DNA of 64,000 bases from Acidobacteriota bacterium (lineage in GTDB: Bacteria > Acidobacteriota > UBA6911 > RPQK01 > JAJDTT01), in assembly GCA_965263035.1 (NCBI GenBank), contig OZ253580.1, positions 4,576,001-4,640,000 on the forward strand, in the 5' to 3' direction. The position numbers and the translations under genes were made by a program. This document shows, in pieces, positions 61,001-64,000 of this stretch. Numbering within the stretch: position 1 is the stretch's first letter; each line of letters starts with the position of its first letter. The notes below the pieces were generated by a model. The model saw only the letters and a program-made list of their open reading frames with translations. It did no database searches and was not told where the DNA came from.

Positions 61001-64000
61001 GGGATCCGCTGTCGGATCAAGAGATTGCGTCTTTCCCGAGCAATATCGATTGCCGACCCGAACTGTGCAGAGGTGTCCGGCAATCGGGTTACTCGGCTGT
61101 GCGGTAGTGCATCTGTTGCAACGCCTCCACGAGATGCCATCGTGGACGACCCGCAGTTTGGCTGCACGCAGAACAAACCCGTTCGCGGTATGCGAAACAC
61201 CAAGAGTGCGGGAGACGAACTTCACCCAAGGAGGCTCGTGGCCCCCTCTTCGGCGAAGATTTCTGCTAAACCAAGGAGACCCGACCAAATCCCTCAAGAT
61301 TTTGGGAAACGTGCCCTTCACTCGACGGATCTTTGCTCCGGATTTCGAATCCAACCATTCGCTGGGCGTCGTGGGCAATAATAGGGCATGCCTCGCGACG
61401 GCATCCGCCACCCATAGGTTCAGCAGGGCCTGACGTAGCTCTTGGGTACTTAGGTGACTGGGGCTAGGGGGAACGGGTAACTGCGAGAGGACACGCTCGT
61501 CCGCAGCACTGAGACTCGCCCGAATTGCTGCAAGCCCCAACGCACTCAGTCCGGTGTGGCGGTCGTTGAGCACCGGATAAACGGCGAGCATCAGGGACTT
61601 GTTCGTTCGGAGATGGTTGAATTCACCGGATGCCTCAAGAAAATCTTGCTTTTCGGCCGGCGGGTTGGCGATCAGCAATTCCCGAATGGCAGTAAGGTCT
61701 TCATCAAAGTGGGGTGCTTGGATTGGACGCAAGTTGACACCGTGAAGTACACATCCAGCAAGAAGAGCAGCATACGAATGGTCGAGGGCCACGGGGGTTG
61801 AATAGAGGCGCTCTAACTCGGTAATGCCCGCAAGAAGCAACGGACGTACAGCGTCCTGCATGGAGTACTGCTGGAGTCGACCTGCCAGGCGTGAAGCTGC
61901 CTGACGACCGTCCGAGAAGATGAGAGACTTCCTGCCCCTTAGTGGCGTGTGAACGTTTGCCCGAGGTGGCTGCTCGAGTAGTTGGGCAGAAATGATTTCC
62001 TGGAAAGGCTGGTCACCCTTAGTAACGTGATTTGATATGCTCATGGTGCCGTTGGCTCCGCAAACCGGGCACTTCGCAAACATTCCAGGATCAGTGGTAT
62101 TCCCACCCAGTGGGGAGAGCCAGACCTCACGGGCCGCGCTATTTCCAGAACCGAGTCGTCCGGACACCGGATCAAGGAATTGAAACCGGGCACCAGATCC
62201 GTCGGGAGGGTCCTCAAGCAACAGGTGCACGGGTTTGATGACACCCGTGTATTCGTCATCGATCGAATCCATTTCCTCGGTCCAGAGATATTTGGGATTG
62301 TCGGCGTCGAATGCGTAAGCGTTCAAGTATGCTGTTCCGCAGTCCCGGCAGGTGTGGATTTCAAACACTCGTGCACCACACTCGCAGTTGCGCCTTGGCT
62401 GGGGATAAAGAACTCCTGTCGGGGGTAGTTCGTCTCCCCATTTATCGCGCAGGTGGGTCGGGACCTCACTACACGTCGGGTCGGCGCACGCCCACAATCC
62501 GGGTAGTCCTCGAAGAAACATGTGCACACGTGCCGCCAACAGAGGCCGCCCCTTACCGCGACGCGCCATCGAAGCCAGTTCAATCAGCCTGTCTGTCGCC
62601 TCACGGGACAGACCTGGGTCTACAGCAGGGAAGAGGCGCGGTCCGAGTGCATAGACAGCCTGTGCCGGGCCGGCACCGGACGGGTCTGTTTCGTTATCTC
62701 CGGCGGCTTGCGCCCCACTTGTGAGGTTGCGTAAGCGGCCCGTGACCGGCAATTGACTCAGGCAACTATGGAGAATTCTCGCGACCGGATCCTGGCTGCT
62801 TTCCAACTGCACACCGGATGACTCGTTTATGCGAAGTTCCGGTACTCCGCCGACGTTGACCCGCACGGATTCCGTGCTTGTGCCGCCGACGATTGCGATC
62901 ACGTCGCGCGGCAGTTCCTCTGGTGCTGGGGAGAGACGAAAGCCAAGGTTGATTATTTCACACTCGGAAGTGAGGCATCGCAAATCTGCATTGGTACCAA
63001 CTGGCCCCACGACCGTAAGTGAAGCATATTCTCTCGGTGCTGCAAGATTGAGGACCGGCATTACAGCTTGTATGCGTGCTTCTAGGTCGTCTTTACGTAG
63101 CGCCTGGAGGTCTACGGACACGAGTGCGATTGCCATCGCTTGGTCGCCCGGTCCCGAAGGGCGCGCGGCACGCTTGTTGCCGGTTAACGGCACAAATCCC
63201 GACACTGGCTTGCCGGTTAAGTCGGCCGCGAAGTCGCAAGCGGCATCCGGATTAGAGAAGGAAGCACTCGTGCAGACAACCTGTATCTGCCCCATAGACA
63301 GACCAAGGCGATTTCGGAGACGCCGAATCAGCATCCCCACCTCCGTTCCCTGGGCTCCTCGATAAAGGTGTGCTTCATCCAGAACAAGCATCAGTCGCTG
63401 GCTCGGATTGGCAGCATAGTACTCCGCAGTCGTGCTAAAGATCTCGCGCTCGACAGGACGCAGCAACATGTATTCGAGCATTGAGTAATTTGTCACTAGG
63501 AGATCGGGCACACCCTCGTGGACTTCTTGTCGAAGAAACAGTTCCGGATCCTCTGGTCGCTCGATGGTACGTACCCACCGGCCCTCTTTTTTCCACCTAC
63601 CCCTCCCGTACCAAGAGGAAATACCATCCTCAATTCCCGATCTACTGGCAGGTTTAGAGGGCCACTTGCCTCGCTTCTGAAGTTCGGCAATCAATGCTCC
63701 GGCCTCAAGATCTGTCGTGGCTTGGTGTTCGAGGTCCAAATAGAACTTCAGACTCTGTAATCGTTCCCGATGCTTATCCGTACTCTCTTTTCGGCGCCCC
63801 GGATATAGAGTTCGCCCGGTATATCGGGCGAACTTCATGGGACGCCCGGCGTGCTCTTCGAACCACGTAGCCAACGTGCGTTGCCCAAAAAGAAGACGCA
63901 AGCGCCCGAGCTGGTCATTGACCAAGGCATTCATGGGATAGAGCAACAAGGATCTCAAGGCGCGCGTTCCGAAGCTATTGCAAACCCTCGCCTCCTCCGC
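58058..64000 (-). CDS. druE: DruE-like large DEAD/DEAH helicase with DUF1998 (MrfA-like Zn-binding) domain; 5' end outside window
   Basis: YPMNALVNDQ, RYTGRT, TNYSMLEYMLLRP, LDEAH, FSDGRQ, TTTMEVGIDIG, NYQQRAGRAGRR, LPRYAFP, YDLTPGGAGF...CNCTHSCYECL; several CxxC pairs; frame open to 64000 and Walker A not in window. Confidence 0.85.
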   Translation of the reverse strand, partial: AEEARVCNSFGTRALRSLLLYPMNALVNDQLGRLRLLFGQRTLATWFEEHAGRPMKFARYTGRTLYPGRRKESTDKHRERLQSLKFYLDLEHQATTDLEAGALIAELQKRGKWPSKPASRSGIEDGISSWYGRGRWKKEGRWVRTIERPEDPELFLRQEVHEGVPDLLVTNYSMLEYMLLRPVEREIFSTTAEYYAANPSQRLMLVLDEAHLYRGAQGTEVGMLIRRLRNRLGLSMGQIQVVCTSASFSNPDAACDFAADLTGKPVSGFVPLTGNKRAARPSGPGDQAMAIALVSVDLQALRKDDLEARIQAVMPVLNLAAPREYASLTVVGPVGTNADLRCLTSECEIINLGFRLSPAPEELPRDVIAIVGGTSTESVRVNVGGVPELRINESSGVQLESSQDPVARILHSCLSQLPVTGRLRNLTSGAQAAGDNETDPSGAGPAQAVYALGPRLFPAVDPGLSREATDRLIELASMARRGKGRPLLAARVHMFLRGLPGLWACADPTCSEVPTHLRDKWGDELPPTGVLYPQPRRNCECGARVFEIHTCRDCGTAYLNAYAFDADNPKYLWTEEMDSIDDEYTGVIKPVHLLLEDPPDGSGARFQFLDPVSGRLGSGNSAAREVWLSPLGGNTTDPGMFAKCPVCGANGTMSISNHVTKGDQPFQEIISAQLLEQPPRANVHTPLRGRKSLIFSDGRQAASRLAGRLQQYSMQDAVRPLLLAGITELERLYSTPVALDHSYAALLAGCVLHGVNLRPIQAPHFDEDLTAIRELLIANPPAEKQDFLEASGEFNHLRTNKSLMLAVYPVLNDRHTGLSALGLAAIRASLSAADERVLSQLPVPPSPSHLSTQELRQALLNLWVADAVARHALLLPTTPSEWLDSKSGAKIRRVKGTFPKILRDLVGSPWFSRNLRRRGGHEPPWVKFVSRTLGVSHTANGFVLRAAKLRVVHDGISWRRCNRCTTAQPSNPIAGHLCTVRVGNRYCSGKTQSLDPTADPVFVSRKGHYRRHFERLESEPGYAPHPFVAAEHSAALNASGDRTDVARAEWHELRFQDLDVEGPESRREGPIDVLSCTTTMEVGIDIGSLTAVALRNVPPGRANYQQRAGRAGRRGSALSTVITYCGADSHDQQFYADPAGMVSGPVPVPTLNLDNIEIVRRHCFALLMSLFQQSAIPDLGEGREVSANVFDSLGTLRDFQQGHRDEFSYAGLKSWLLDTRSSLRETLTDIVPTNVLDKTPDFIDEVSDSLLAALRSVGAGPLRAHEIAAQTPPSNDDILNEVTSRGGRGGVVSLDWGERIDLGPESYVESESGLEESPEQGMDPEKLLDRLFDRGVLPRYAFPTDVVTFHIFDKAQSTERRAKLRYTPQLGLNQALSSYAPGREVWVNGERHYSFAVWTPFRSRECWRAWNRSKVYFECSRCGYAKVEPRGDDFFVDQVLNCPACGTEGSLGVGMQWIRPPGFAHPVDIEAELPLADSPTPTRSTRAKLSAPFTDTGSTSASETAANGAGYDIWTEKQRLVLTNTGSRDPWKPGFLHCPLCGRTEPNGWSAGELRQRGGHLKPFPDHFPHGSSCNGYSTKVVFGNEFETDIGLIRFRLAGKAKLTPGSTVAEIVLTTVAEALSTAAARLQDIEESDIGAEYRVAMTEGGRTGKEAEVYLYDLTPGGAGFVRAAVGDPVALFDSALNRLESCNCTHSCYECLRSYKNRWDHKHLHRTLGAALLRHVVHGEIPTIPEVDERRMLHSLALDLVESGQLVEEIGGGIRLVDYDRYVILGHPLIPSQPGTVAGRVLATDHDVYVVDSLLVDNALPAAVRAVTGVDNTTPEGPSVPEFLQEDPEGCPVYTSSMFEYDARPSPLATVRVDGVPSDAFLVQLTRPTLERMPKALFPRGAWVVFVPTEESTIVNVGNDRLPRLLTSRIGAFNATGERWTFGLPRKREDKVHILYYSYEAPRSEMARQSEIRVVGKAFGVFIDGALERIR

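Noticed and set aside
1-64000. CRISPR array, cas genes, tRNA/rRNA, prophage structural genes, integrase, retron RT
   Set aside because: No regularly spaced short repeats or diagnostic motifs seen by eye; a small ncRNA could be missed without a covariance search.

Overview
High-GC bacterial accessory region (no rRNA, tRNA or CRISPR seen). It reads as a decaying defence island joined to a repeated carbohydrate-enzyme-like gene pair. (1) 1-15.4 kb: two full copies and one partial copy of a [beta-propeller glycosidase-like gene + TIM-barrel glycosidase-like lipoprotein (+ higA)] unit. Between them lie collapsed type I R-M relics, toxin-antitoxin (TA) genes, a HEPN-LprI fusion and an IS1595 nested in an IS1380 relic. 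(2) 15.5-25.6 kb: a lower-GC block (P63C, VCH_CASS14-like, membrane protein) and a ~1245-aa PD-(D/E)xK nuclease gene split by an IS630 and an IS1380, both with intact target duplications. (3) 25.8-43.2 kb: a Hachiman-like hamA-hamB pair, a type I R-M operon (hsdR frameshifted), an SprT-like protease, many TA genes and a second collapsed R-M skeleton. (4) 43.4-64 kb, the best candidate for an undescribed system: a seven-gene Druantia-like locus in two convergent operons, MORC/GHKL ATPase - DUF4338 (DruA-like) - large hypothetical - SNF2 helicase >< hypothetical - NERD/SF1 helicase (IS1380-interrupted) - DruE-like DUF1998 helicase (runs off the window). Family assignments come from motif recognition by eye; no database or HMM search was run.
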